Positions 32,133 to 41,473 of a DNA stretch of 64,000 nt are shown piece after piece (the first letter of the stretch is position 1; each line of letters starts with the position of its first letter). The notes under the pieces are model-generated. The model was not told the DNA's origin. It searched no databases and saw nothing but the letters and a program-made list of their open reading frames with translations. This DNA is from Elusimicrobiota bacterium (GTDB taxonomy: Bacteria > Elusimicrobiota > Elusimicrobia > UBA1565 > JACRDR01): contig JBGFSC010000034.1 of NCBI GenBank assembly GCA_041694815.1, forward strand, positions 1-64,000, in the 5' to 3' direction. The position numbers and the translations under genes were made by a program.

Positions 32133-33527
32133 TCAAGATCGCGGACCTCGTTTTAAGAAGCGCCCGTGAGAATGTTTTCCCACGAATTTGCCTTCCTGCA
32201 CTAACGGAGTTCCCCGCACGAACACATCCCTGATGCTGCCGTCTACGGTCATTCCTTCATACGGATTGTAGTCCACGTTCATGTGGGTGTTCTTGACCGA
32301 GATGGTGTGCTTCTTCTTGGGGTCCAGGAGGACGAGGTCGGCGTCGGCCCCGGGGGCGATCGTTCCCTTGCGCGGATAAAGCCCAAAGAGCTTGGCCGGG
32401 GTCGTCGAGGTGATATCCACGAAGCGGTTGGCGGTGATCCGCCCCTTGGAGACGGCGTCCCAGAGCAGCATCATCCGCGTTTCGATGCCGGGAGCGCCGT
32501 TGGGGATCTTGGAGAAGTCCTTTTTGCCCAGCTCCTTGCCCGGCTTGCCGCCCTTGCCCTTCATGCAGAAGGAGCAATGATCGGTGGAAACCACCTGCAG
32601 CCAATTATTCGCCAGGCCTCGCCAGAGCCGCTCCTCGTTGCCCTTGGGGCGTAGCGGCGGCGACATGACGAATTTGGCCCCCTCAAACCCCGGGCGCTCA
32701 TAGTCCTCGTAGGAAAGGTACAAATACTGCGGGCAGGTTTCGGCGTAGGCCGGCACTCCCCTCGCGCGGGCGCGGCGGACCTCCTCCATGGCGTCTCCGG
32801 CGGAAAGATGCACGATGTAGATCGGGACCCCGGCCATCTCCGCCAAGGCGATGGCGCGGCGCGTGGCCTCCGCCTCGGCGCTCATGGGGCGGGTCAAGGC
32901 GTGGTATTTCGGCTCGATTCGGCCCTCGGCCAGGGCTTTTTTGACGAGCACGTCGATCACCCCGCCGTTTTCGGCGTGCATGCAGATCATGCCGCCGTTT
33001 TCCTTGGTGCGCATAAGCGCGCGGAATATCGTAGCGTCGTCCGACATGAACACTCCGGGGTAGGCCATGAACAGCTTGAAGGATGGAACTCCCTCGTCGA
33101 CGATCTTATCCATCTCGGGCACCTGCTTCTCCGGCAGGTCCACCACGATCATGTGGAAAGCGTAATCGACGGCCGATTTCCCCTCCGCCTTGGCATGCCA
33201 AGTGTCGAGCGCCTCGCGCAGCGCGCCGCCGCGGCGCTGGATGGCGAAGTCGATGATACTGGTGGTGCCCCCCGCTGCCGCGGCCGTCGTTCCGCTGACG
33301 AAGTCGTCGGCCGTCGTGGTGCCGCCGAAGGGCATATCCAAATGCGTGTGCACGTCGATGCCTCCGGGGAAAATCACCTTCCCCTTGGCCGATACGATTT
33401 TGGAGCCGTTCGCCGGCAACCCCTTGCCGATCGCGGCGATCCTTCCCTTTTCGACGGCGATATCGGCCTCGTAAGTCTCCGAGGCGGTGAGGATGGTGCC
33501 TCCCTGGATGATCAAATCGTAGCTCAT
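32133..33527 (-). CDS. hydA: Dihydropyrimidinase / D-hydantoinase
   Basis: PGGIDVHTH, SFKLFMAY, HAENG, ETCPQY, STDHC, IPNGAPG. Confidence 0.95.
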   Translation of the reverse strand: MSYDLIIQGGTILTASETYEADIAVEKGRIAAIGKGLPANGSKIVSAKGKVIFPGGIDVHTHLDMPFGGTTTADDFVSGTTAAAAGGTTSIIDFAIQRRGGALREALDTWHAKAEGKSAVDYAFHMIVVDLPEKQVPEMDKIVDEGVPSFKLFMAYPGVFMSDDATIFRALMRTKENGGMICMHAENGGVIDVLVKKALAEGRIEPKYHALTRPMSAEAEATRRAIALAEMAGVPIYIVHLSAGDAMEEVRRARARGVPAYAETCPQYLYLSYEDYERPGFEGAKFVMSPPLRPKGNEERLWRGLANNWLQVVSTDHCSFCMKGKGGKPGKELGKKDFSKIPNGAPGIETRMMLLWDAVSKGRITANRFVDITSTTPAKLFGLYPRKGTIAPGADADLVLLDPKKKHTISVKNTHMNVDYNPYEGMTVDGSIRDVFVRGTPLVQEGKFVGKHSHGRFLKRGPRS

Positions 33528-35047
33528 AGGGATCCCTCGTATAGCGGGGTCTTGGCGGGCACCCGCCGTTTTTCCGCGATCGCCATCAGCACGTAGTAAG
33601 CGGTAAAGGAGACGGCGAAACTGACGAACCAGGCGTAGTGATACAGGGCGCGAAGCAGTCCGGAGCAGGGGCGCGCGCCGATGACGTCCAAGAACCCCGG
33701 GATACAGACCGCGATGCCGGCGGCCAGGGCCAGAGCGGCGGAAGGATTGAACCCTCCGATGAACCAATACGGCCCCTGCCTGCGGTAGAGGCCGGGCAGA
33801 TCCAGCTCTGTCTTGCGCAGTAGGTAATAATCGCAGATGAGTATGCCGCCGATCGAGCCCAATAGCGCCGAGTAGCCGACGAGCCAGGTGAAGATGTACC
33901 CACTCGGGTCGGCGACTAGCTTCCAGGGCTGGATCAGGATGCCGATGAGGCCGGTGATGAGCCCCCCCGTCCTAAACGAGATGCGTTGGGGCCAGAGATG
34001 GGCGAAATCGTTGGCGGGGCTGACCACGTTGGCGGCGAGATTCGTGGCGAGGGTCGCCAGGCACAGGGAGAACAGGGCCACCGTGAGGACGATCGGGTTC
34101 TGGAACTTGGTGATGAGCACCACCGGGTCCCAGATCGGCGCTCCGTAGACGACCACGGTCGCCGAGGTGACCGCCACCCCGATGAAGGAATAGAGGGCCA
34201 TCGTCGTCGGAAGGCCCAGGGTCTGCCCCCACATCTGGTCGCGCTGGCTTTTGGCGAAGCGCGTGAAATCCGGGATATTCAGCGAGAGCGTGGCCCAGAA
34301 CCCCACCATGCCGGTCAAAGACGGGAAGAAGACGGCCCAGAATGCCCCTTCCTTGGGGCCGCCGGCCACGAATTGGGAAGGCTGCGAGAGCATGGGGCCG
34401 AACCCCCCGGCCGCTCGATGGGCCCAGGCGAGCAGGGCCAGGCCCAGCAGGATGAGCAGCGGGGCCTTGATGTCGAGCAGGATACGGATGGATTCTATGC
34501 CCCGGTAGATGACCAGCATATTGATCGACCAGAAGAACAAGAAGCAGCCCCATTGGGGGGCGCTGATGCCGCCTAAGAGCGGGGGCGAGATCTCCCAAGA
34601 AGGGAAGTAGATGCCCAGTATCTTGTAGATCGCCCATCCCCCGATCCACGCCTGTATGCCGAACCAGCCGCAGGCCACCAGGGCGCGCAGCAGGGCCGGG
34701 ATGTTGGCCCCGAGCACCCCGAAGGACGGACGGCAGTAGACGGGGAAGGGGATCCCGTAGCGGGTGCCCGCGTGAGCATTAAGCAGCATGGGCGCGAGCA
34801 CGATCAGGTTGCCCAGGAATATGGTCGCGACCGCCTGGTACCAGTTCATCCCCTCGGCGATCAGCGAGGAGGCGAGCATGTAGGTCGGCACGCAGGCGGA
34901 CATCGAAATCCACAACGCCGCGACATCCTTCAGGCCCCACCGGCGCTCGGCGAGGGTCGAGGGCGCGATGTCCTTGTTCCAATACGGCGAGGAAGAGAGG
35001 TCGGCCTTGAGCTCGTAGATGCCGTCTTTGACCTGAACGTCGCTCAT
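33524..35047 (-). CDS. NCS1 nucleobase:cation symporter
   Basis: YGIPFPV, ACGWFGIQ, WATLSLNIPDFTRF, AANVVSPAND; ~12 TM segments. Confidence 0.93.
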   Translation of the reverse strand: MSDVQVKDGIYELKADLSSSPYWNKDIAPSTLAERRWGLKDVAALWISMSACVPTYMLASSLIAEGMNWYQAVATIFLGNLIVLAPMLLNAHAGTRYGIPFPVYCRPSFGVLGANIPALLRALVACGWFGIQAWIGGWAIYKILGIYFPSWEISPPLLGGISAPQWGCFLFFWSINMLVIYRGIESIRILLDIKAPLLILLGLALLAWAHRAAGGFGPMLSQPSQFVAGGPKEGAFWAVFFPSLTGMVGFWATLSLNIPDFTRFAKSQRDQMWGQTLGLPTTMALYSFIGVAVTSATVVVYGAPIWDPVVLITKFQNPIVLTVALFSLCLATLATNLAANVVSPANDFAHLWPQRISFRTGGLITGLIGILIQPWKLVADPSGYIFTWLVGYSALLGSIGGILICDYYLLRKTELDLPGLYRRQGPYWFIGGFNPSAALALAAGIAVCIPGFLDVIGARPCSGLLRALYHYAWFVSFAVSFTAYYVLMAIAEKRRVPAKTPLYEGSL

Positions 35048-35922
35048 CAGGGCAATTGCTCCGTGAGGGCGTTGTAGGTCTCGGGACGCCGGTCGCGGAA
35101 GAACTGCCAGACCTTGCGCACCTCCAGGATCTGGTCTAGGTCGAGATCGGCCGTCACGAGCGCGTCCTTGTTCCGCGGGCCCACGGCGACCATCTGGCCG
35201 CGGGGATCGCAGAAATAGCTCTGCCCGTAGAACTCGCCGATATTCCAGGGCTTCTCGCGCCCCACCCGGTTGATCGCGCCGACGAAGTACTGGTTGGCCA
35301 CCGCGTGGGCGGGCTGCTCGAGCTTCCAGAGATACTCCGAGAGGCCGGCGACGGTCGCCGAGGGGTTGAAGACGATCTCGGCCCCGTGTAGGCCCAGGAT
35401 GCGGGCGCCGTCGGGAAAGTGCCGGTCGTAGCAGATATAGACCCCGACCTTGGCATAGCGGGTCTGGAAAACCGGGTAGCCCAGATTCCCCGGCTTGAAA
35501 TAGAATTTCTCCCAGAAGCCCGGGGCGCAGTGCGGGATGTGGTTCTTCCGGTATTTCCCCGCGATCTTCCCGTCGGCGTCGATGACGACGGCGGTGTTGT
35601 AATAGGTGCCCACCTCCGGTGTCTCGTACATCGGCACGACGATCACCATTTGATGCTTGGCCGCTAGTTCCTGCATGAGCTCCGTGGTCGGCCCGGGGAT
35701 GGGCTCGGCCGTCTCGTACCAGCGCACGTCCTGCTCGGCGCAGAAATAGGGGCCGTAGAAGATCTCCTGCATGCAGAGGATCTGCACGCCCTTCTTGCCC
35801 GCCTGGTCGATGAGCGGCAGGTGTTTGGCGATCATCTTCTCCTTGATCTGCGGGAGGCTGTGCTTGGGCACGCTCCAATCGCAGCTGGCCTGGATGAGTC
35901 CACAGCGAACTTTTCTAGACAT
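35047..35922 (-). CDS. Nitrilase-family beta-ureidopropionase
   Basis: QEIFYGPYFC, YRKNHIP, FWEKFYF, YICYDRHFP (E-K-C triad); pathway context. Confidence 0.9.
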   Translation of the reverse strand: MSRKVRCGLIQASCDWSVPKHSLPQIKEKMIAKHLPLIDQAGKKGVQILCMQEIFYGPYFCAEQDVRWYETAEPIPGPTTELMQELAAKHQMVIVVPMYETPEVGTYYNTAVVIDADGKIAGKYRKNHIPHCAPGFWEKFYFKPGNLGYPVFQTRYAKVGVYICYDRHFPDGARILGLHGAEIVFNPSATVAGLSEYLWKLEQPAHAVANQYFVGAINRVGREKPWNIGEFYGQSYFCDPRGQMVAVGPRNKDALVTADLDLDQILEVRKVWQFFRDRRPETYNALTEQLP

Positions 35923-36442
35923 CCCTTTTTCCTCCTCCGAGAGAGTTGCGGAGCTGGTCGTTGAGCGCCTTGAGGCGGTCGGCCGTAGCCGGCACGCCCA
36001 AGAATTCCTTCTCGAAAGGCAGCAGAACCTGCTCCTGCACGGGCAGTTTGACCTCGTAGCGGCCCTCCGACGTGTTGAGCTCGAACTGGGTCCCGTAAAC
36101 CTGGCCGAGGCCCAGGCTCATGAGGTAGCGGTCCAGGGAGGCGGCGCTCAGCCAGCGCGCGACGGGGTGGCCCATGATGGCCGAAAGGGTGGCGAGGCGA
36201 TGGGCGGCCAGGAAATCGGACGGGGCGCAGCCGTGCTGCAACACCACGGCGGCATGGTAGAGGTCGGCCGCCGTCTTGAGCGAGCCCGAGCGCAGCAGCT
36301 CGTAGGTCTTCTGCGCGCGGGCCTGGTCGCGGGACTTGAGGGCCGCGAAGGCCTCCGGGCTGTGGTAGACCGTCTCGCGCTCCTTCTGGTCGGCCGTAAA
36401 CAGCTCGAGCATCTGAGGGGAGTCGGTGGCCGGCGCGCTCAT
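35915..36442 (-). CDS. Hypothetical protein with QxYGTQF motif
   Basis: DLYHAAVVLQHG..WLSAASLDRYL..QVYGTQF; overlaps both neighbours. Confidence 0.75.
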   Translation of the reverse strand: MSAPATDSPQMLELFTADQKERETVYHSPEAFAALKSRDQARAQKTYELLRSGSLKTAADLYHAAVVLQHGCAPSDFLAAHRLATLSAIMGHPVARWLSAASLDRYLMSLGLGQVYGTQFELNTSEGRYEVKLPVQEQVLLPFEKEFLGVPATADRLKALNDQLRNSLGGGKRDV

Positions 36443-37767
36443 CCGTGCATCCGTTTATACACCGGGTGGTAGCCTTTCTGTCCCCGATCGGTGTATTGCT
36501 CCCAGCTCAAGGGTTCGTGAGGGGTCTTGACCTCCCTCATCTCGATGCAGCCTTCCACCGGGCAGACCAGCGAGCAGAGATTGCAGCCGACGCAGTCTTC
36601 TTCGATAACGAACGGGATTCTGGATGAGGAACGTTTTGTCCCCCCCGCGACTCGCCCCCGCGTGGGGGGGGCGAGTGCGATGCATTGATGAGCGGTATCA
36701 TTGCAGGCCACGTAGCAGAGATCGCATTGGATGCACTTGTCCGGGTTGATCCGGGCGACGGTCTTGTGGTGGAGGTTGAGCTTCTTCCAATCCACGACGT
36801 TGGGGGCGGTCAGGCCGATGAAATCCTCGAGCCTCTTGAAGCCCTTGGCGTCCATCCAGTCCGAGAGCCCCGCGTTGAGCTCCTCGATGATGCGGAAGCC
36901 GTAATGCATCACGGCCGTGCACAGCTGCACCGAGGAAGACCCCAGGAGCATGAACTCGACGGCGTCGGCCCAGGTCGAGACGCCGCCGATGCCGGAGATC
37001 GGCAGCCCGCGCGTGGGGGGATCCGTGGCGATCTGGCTGATCATGTTGAGCGCGATGGGTTTGACCGCCGGCCCGCAGTAGCCGCCGTGGGCCACCTTCC
37101 CCCCCACCGAGAATTTGGGCTTGAGCGTGTCGAGATCGACGCCCATGATGGAATTGATGGTGTTGATGAGGCTCACCCCGTCGGCGCCCCCCTCCTTGGC
37201 CGCCCGGGCGGGGAAGCGGATATCGGCGACGTTCGGCGTGAGCTTGACGAGCACGGGAGTCTTCGCCTTCTCCTTGACGTACTCCGTGACCATGCGGGTG
37301 TACTCGGGGACCTGGCCGACCGCCGAGCCCATGCCCCGCTCCGACATCCCGTGGGGGCAGCCGAAGTTCAGCTCGATGCCGTCGCAACCGGCGTCCTCGA
37401 CCCGTTGGACGATGTCGTGCCAGGCCTTCCTATCGCAGGGCACCATCAGCGAGGCGATCACCGCCCGGTCCGGGAAGCGCTTCTTGACCTCGTAGATCTC
37501 CTTGAGATTGTCCTCGAGCGGGCGGTCGGTGATGAGCTCGATGTTGTTGAAGCCCGCGATCTTCTGCCCGCCGATGTCGATGGCCCCGTAGCGGGAGGTG
37601 ACGTTGATAACGGGAGGGTCCGCGCCGAGGGTCTTCCACACCGCGCCGCCCCAGCCGTACTCGAAGGCGCGCATCACCTGCTCGCCGGAGTTGGAGGGTG
37701 GGGCGGAGGCCAGCCAGAACGGATTCGGGGATTTGATTCCGGCGCAATTGGCGGAAAGATCAGCCAT
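36439..37767 (-). CDS. preA: Dihydropyrimidine dehydrogenase subunit PreA
   Basis: NPFWLASAPP, NNIELITDR, LNFGCPHGMSERGMG, two C-terminal 4Fe-4S motifs. Confidence 0.96.
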   Translation of the reverse strand: MADLSANCAGIKSPNPFWLASAPPSNSGEQVMRAFEYGWGGAVWKTLGADPPVINVTSRYGAIDIGGQKIAGFNNIELITDRPLEDNLKEIYEVKKRFPDRAVIASLMVPCDRKAWHDIVQRVEDAGCDGIELNFGCPHGMSERGMGSAVGQVPEYTRMVTEYVKEKAKTPVLVKLTPNVADIRFPARAAKEGGADGVSLINTINSIMGVDLDTLKPKFSVGGKVAHGGYCGPAVKPIALNMISQIATDPPTRGLPISGIGGVSTWADAVEFMLLGSSSVQLCTAVMHYGFRIIEELNAGLSDWMDAKGFKRLEDFIGLTAPNVVDWKKLNLHHKTVARINPDKCIQCDLCYVACNDTAHQCIALAPPTRGRVAGGTKRSSSRIPFVIEEDCVGCNLCSLVCPVEGCIEMREVKTPHEPLSWEQYTDRGQKGYHPVYKRMHG

Positions 37768-37768
37768 G

Positions 37769-39178
37769 TCAGCGAGCCGGGATCGGGGCGACGCGGCGCC
37801 CGTCGATTGTGCTGACCCAGTAGGCGTTCTCGGGGGAAGGGGCTTGTGCACCGGTCAGCGAGCGGTGTATCCCCCACGCGGCGCGTTTGCCGTCGGCGAC
37901 CGCATTGACCACTTCCTTTCCGCCGTTGACGGCGTCGCCTCCGGCGAACCACTTGGGATTGCTGGTGCGCAGCGTCTCGGGGTCCACCCGGACCCGTCCC
38001 TCGGCGTCTATGGCGATGCCCGCGGCGGCGGCCAGCTCCCTCTGCTTGCTTTGCCCTATGGCCTTGATCACTCGGTCGCACGGGACATCGAACTGGGTAC
38101 CGGCGATCATTTCGACCCGACCGCCCTTGGCGACCCGGGTCTTTTGAAATCGGACGCCTTCGACGCGCTTTTTCCCCAAGATCGCGGTGGGAACCGCGTG
38201 CCAGAGGAACTCGACGCCATCGGATTTAGCCAATTCGTATTCGTGCTCGTAAGCCGACATCTCGCCGGGGCCGCGGCGGTAGGCAAAGATCACTTTCTCA
38301 GCCCCGAGACGCTTCGACTGAGTGACCGCGTCGATGGCCGTGTTTCCTCCGCCGATCACCACGGTGCTGCGGCTGCGGCCCAGTGGGGAAAGGCGCCGCG
38401 ATTTCAAATGCGCGATGAAATTAAGCGCGTCCCATACCCCGGGAAGGCCTTCGCCCCGGATATTGAGCGAGTGGGTCGCCCCCAAGCCGATGGCGAAAAA
38501 CACCGCCTTGAAGCTCTTCTCCAAATCGGCGACGTTGATATCCTTCCCGATTTCCACTCCCGCGCGGAGTTGGGCGCCCGCAGATAGCACCTGGCGCACC
38601 TCGTCCAAGGACACCTTCGAGCTCATCTTGTACTCGGCCACGCCGTGCGTATTGAGCCCGCCGGGGAGCTTCTGCCGCTCGAAGAGGACGACCGGATGCC
38701 CCAGGCGGAGCAGGTACGTCGCGCAGGAAAGCCCCGCGGGCCCGGCGCCGATAATCGCCACGGGCAAGGCGTTCGAGGAGCCGGGCGCGAAGGCTCGCCT
38801 CCCCTGGCGCAGGAAGGCGTCAGTGGCATGCCGCTGCAAGCGGGCGATCTCGATAGGCTTCTCCTGCCAGTGGTGATAGACGCAGGCGCCTTCGCAGAGC
38901 ACCTCCACCGGGCAGACGCGCGCGCAGGAGTGGCCAAGGGCGTTGGCCTCCAGTATGGTCTTGGCCGAGCCGGTCAAATTCTTGCTGGCGATCTGCTTGA
39001 TGAAACGTGGGATGTCGATATGGGTGGGGCAGGACTGAACGCAGGGCGCGTCGTAGCAATAGAGGCAGCGATTGGCCTCCAGGACGGCCTCCTCAGGCGC
39101 CAGCGGCTCGACTATTTCCGCGAATTTTTCTCGAAATAGCCTCTCGACGGAGGCACTTGTCCCGTTGGATTTCTGCAT
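37769..39178 (-). CDS. preT: Dihydropyrimidine dehydrogenase subunit PreT
   Basis: EANRCLYCYDAPC, CARVCP, GAGPAG, GGGNTAID; adjacent to preA. Confidence 0.93.
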   Translation of the reverse strand: MQKSNGTSASVERLFREKFAEIVEPLAPEEAVLEANRCLYCYDAPCVQSCPTHIDIPRFIKQIASKNLTGSAKTILEANALGHSCARVCPVEVLCEGACVYHHWQEKPIEIARLQRHATDAFLRQGRRAFAPGSSNALPVAIIGAGPAGLSCATYLLRLGHPVVLFERQKLPGGLNTHGVAEYKMSSKVSLDEVRQVLSAGAQLRAGVEIGKDINVADLEKSFKAVFFAIGLGATHSLNIRGEGLPGVWDALNFIAHLKSRRLSPLGRSRSTVVIGGGNTAIDAVTQSKRLGAEKVIFAYRRGPGEMSAYEHEYELAKSDGVEFLWHAVPTAILGKKRVEGVRFQKTRVAKGGRVEMIAGTQFDVPCDRVIKAIGQSKQRELAAAAGIAIDAEGRVRVDPETLRTSNPKWFAGGDAVNGGKEVVNAVADGKRAAWGIHRSLTGAQAPSPENAYWVSTIDGRRVAPIPAR

Positions 39179-39352
39179 GGCGGAAAGCGAAATTTTAGCT
39201 TATTGGCGGCGAGGAAGCAAAGCCGTCGTAACCCCGTTTAAGGCATCGTTAAGCGATGGCTTCGATCATAACTTATGATTTAAAATCAAATATTTTTTAA
39301 CTTTCCGGGAAAGCTTTTGGCGCGGAGTATCGCTGGCAAAGAAGCACTCTCA

Positions 39353-40522
39353 TTACCCAGGCCGATGAAAAAGGGTTGGAATCTCGTCAACCGCCAGGGC
39401 GCGGACTCCGGGTCGAAGCGCCGAATGTGCTTGATCATCGCTGCCGGCGTGAACGACAGCCATCTCCAGGCGATTTCGGTGGATAGATTTCGCCAAGCGT
39501 TCTAGCGGCCCAGCGGTATCGGGGCGTGGCGTGCGGCTGGCCTTGGCTTCAAGCAATGTTAATCTTCCCGGCCCCGTTGGAATTATAAAATCGACTTCCA
39601 GGCCCTGTTGATCCCGGAAATAGTAAAGTTCGCGACGAAGCCCACGATTGACCTGCGCTTTTACGATCTCAGACGCCACGAAACCTTCAAACAGGGGGCC
39701 GTGGAAGGGAGAACGGGTCAATAAACTGAGCGAATCGATCCCTAGTAGATGGCAGGCCATCCCGGGATCTAGAAAATAGAGTTTGGGCGACTTGATCAGA
39801 CGTTTTCCGAAGTTCTCAAAATAGGGTGGAATCAATAGGATTTGGGCCGTGGCCTCAAGGATGTCGAGCCAGGCCGAAATCGTTGGCACCGATACGCCGA
39901 GCGGCGCGGCGAGATCGGTCCGGTTGAGAATCTGGCCGCAGCGGCTTGCAATTAAGGACAGGAATCTGCGAAAGAGACTAAGGTCGCGGATTGCGGCCAA
40001 CGAGCGGACATCACGTTCCAGATAGGTCTGGAGGTAGGAGCGAAACCACAGCGATGATCCTCTCCCCATGGATAGAGCCTCCGGAAAACCCCCCCGTAGC
40101 AAGGAAACCTTGGCCGATTCCTCCAGAGACAGGGGCAGGAGTTGCAGCACTGCCGCTCGGCCGGCCATGGATTCTGTGACCCCCTTCATCAACGGCGCCT
40201 CTTGAGAACCCGTAATCAGCCATTGCCCCTTTAAAGCCGGTTTCGCGTCAACCGCGGTACGGACGTAGTTTAGGAGTTCGGGCGCATTTTGAATCTCATC
40301 GAAAATCGCGGGCCTACCCGCCTGTTCCAAGAAGCTCCGAGGGTCGGCCCGTATGCGCGATATGATATCAGGATCCTCGAGCAGATGATAGGACGCCTTT
40401 GGGAAGAGTCGTTGGAGAAGTGTCGTTTTTCCAGCCCGTCGCGGACCCGTCAGTATGACGGCTGGGAATAGTCGGGCCGCCTTTTGGACCTCCTTCCGCA
40501 ATAAGCGGGGCACGAACCGCAT
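39353..40522 (-). CDS. AAA_14 ATPase with DUF4143 domain
   Basis: TGPRRAGKTT, FDEIQ, ESMAGR, YLERDVR, KSPKLYFLD, YFRDQQGLEVDF, EAK. Confidence 0.9.
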   Translation of the reverse strand: MRFVPRLLRKEVQKAARLFPAVILTGPRRAGKTTLLQRLFPKASYHLLEDPDIISRIRADPRSFLEQAGRPAIFDEIQNAPELLNYVRTAVDAKPALKGQWLITGSQEAPLMKGVTESMAGRAAVLQLLPLSLEESAKVSLLRGGFPEALSMGRGSSLWFRSYLQTYLERDVRSLAAIRDLSLFRRFLSLIASRCGQILNRTDLAAPLGVSVPTISAWLDILEATAQILLIPPYFENFGKRLIKSPKLYFLDPGMACHLLGIDSLSLLTRSPFHGPLFEGFVASEIVKAQVNRGLRRELYYFRDQQGLEVDFIIPTGPGRLTLLEAKASRTPRPDTAGPLERLAKSIHRNRLEMAVVHAGSDDQAHSALRPGVRALAVDEIPTLFHRPG

Positions 40523-40528
40523 ATGAGT

Positions 40529-40557
40529 ATTATAAACTGCTACTTTATAAAAATCAA
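40529..40557 (-). promoter_or_regulatory. Sigma70 promoter for the AAA_14 gene, leaderless, with overlapping palindrome
   Basis: TTGATT-17 bp-TATAAT, ATG 6 nt downstream; TATAAA-N7-TTTATA overlaps the spacer. Confidence 0.75.
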
Positions 40558-40561
40558 TACC

Positions 40562-41356
40562 TCAATGGTCAAGCAAAAGCCACACAGCCGCAATGGACAG
40601 CTCGTAGAGCAGATAGGCGGGAACGGCCACCAGCACCTGGCTGAAGATGTCGGGCCCCGGAGTGACGATAGCGGCCAGGATCAACAATCCCAAAAAGACC
40701 TGGCGTCGATGCCGGGTCAACGTCTCCAAGCGCAAAAGCTTGAGGGCCGCGAGAACGAATAGGACGATCGGCAGCTGGAATAGCACCGCCAGGCCGAGCG
40801 TCAAATAGGCGAGGTAGCCGAGATAGGCGTTGAGCGTGATGTACGGGACCAGATAAGAGGTGGAGTAGGCCATCAGGAATTTCAGGCCGATCGGCCCGAT
40901 GATGAAAAGCCCGACCGCGCCGCCCGCGAGAAACAGGGCATAAGAGGCGGGGATGAGGCGGATCACCCAGAGCCTCTCTTGCGGCTTGAGGCCGATGGAT
41001 ACGAAGGCGATGGCCTGATAGAGCATCCACGGGAATGCCAACAAGATGCCGGCCACCATCGAGACCTTGACCTGGGCGAAAAACGGCTCGACGGGAGAGG
41101 TGTAGACCAGCGATTGGATAGGGGGGCGCAGCAATACAGGCAGAAGTTGCGGGTAGAGCGCGTAGGCGACGATCGTCGCCGTGGCCCATCCGGCCAACGA
41201 GCGGATCAGGCGAGTCCTGAGCTCCTCGAAATGCTCGAGCAGGGGGCGGGGAGGGTCTTGGACGGGAGCTTCAGGGTTTTGGAGGATTGTCTTCGAAGCC
41301 TTCGCGCAATCCGTCCTTAAACGCCTTGATGGACTTGCCGAAGGAGCGGGCGACAT
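40562..41356 (-). CDS. tatC: Twin-arginine translocase TatC (start uncertain)
   Basis: LLEHFEELRTRL, FQLP, TPGPDIFSQ, LYELSI. Confidence 0.93.
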   Translation of the reverse strand: MSPAPSASPSRRLRTDCAKASKTILQNPEAPVQDPPRPLLEHFEELRTRLIRSLAGWATATIVAYALYPQLLPVLLRPPIQSLVYTSPVEPFFAQVKVSMVAGILLAFPWMLYQAIAFVSIGLKPQERLWVIRLIPASYALFLAGGAVGLFIIGPIGLKFLMAYSTSYLVPYITLNAYLGYLAYLTLGLAVLFQLPIVLFVLAALKLLRLETLTRHRRQVFLGLLILAAIVTPGPDIFSQVLVAVPAYLLYELSIAAVWLLLDH

Positions 41357-41435
41357 CGGGCAGCCGGCTCGGGCCGAAGAACAGCAGGGCCACGATCAGG
41401 ATGAGTACGAGTTCCGGCCAGCCGATGTCGAACAT
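41271..41435 (-). CDS. tatA: Twin-arginine translocase TatA, 54 aa (absent from ORF track)
   Basis: MFDIGWPELVLILIVALLFFGPSRLPDVARSFGKSIKAFKDGL, read directly from sequence. Confidence 0.95.
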   Translation of the reverse strand: MFDIGWPELVLILIVALLFFGPSRLPDVARSFGKSIKAFKDGLREGFEDNPPKP

Positions 41436-41473
41436 AAGGAAATTGTAGCAAATTGCCTGCAGCGAAGGGCAAT

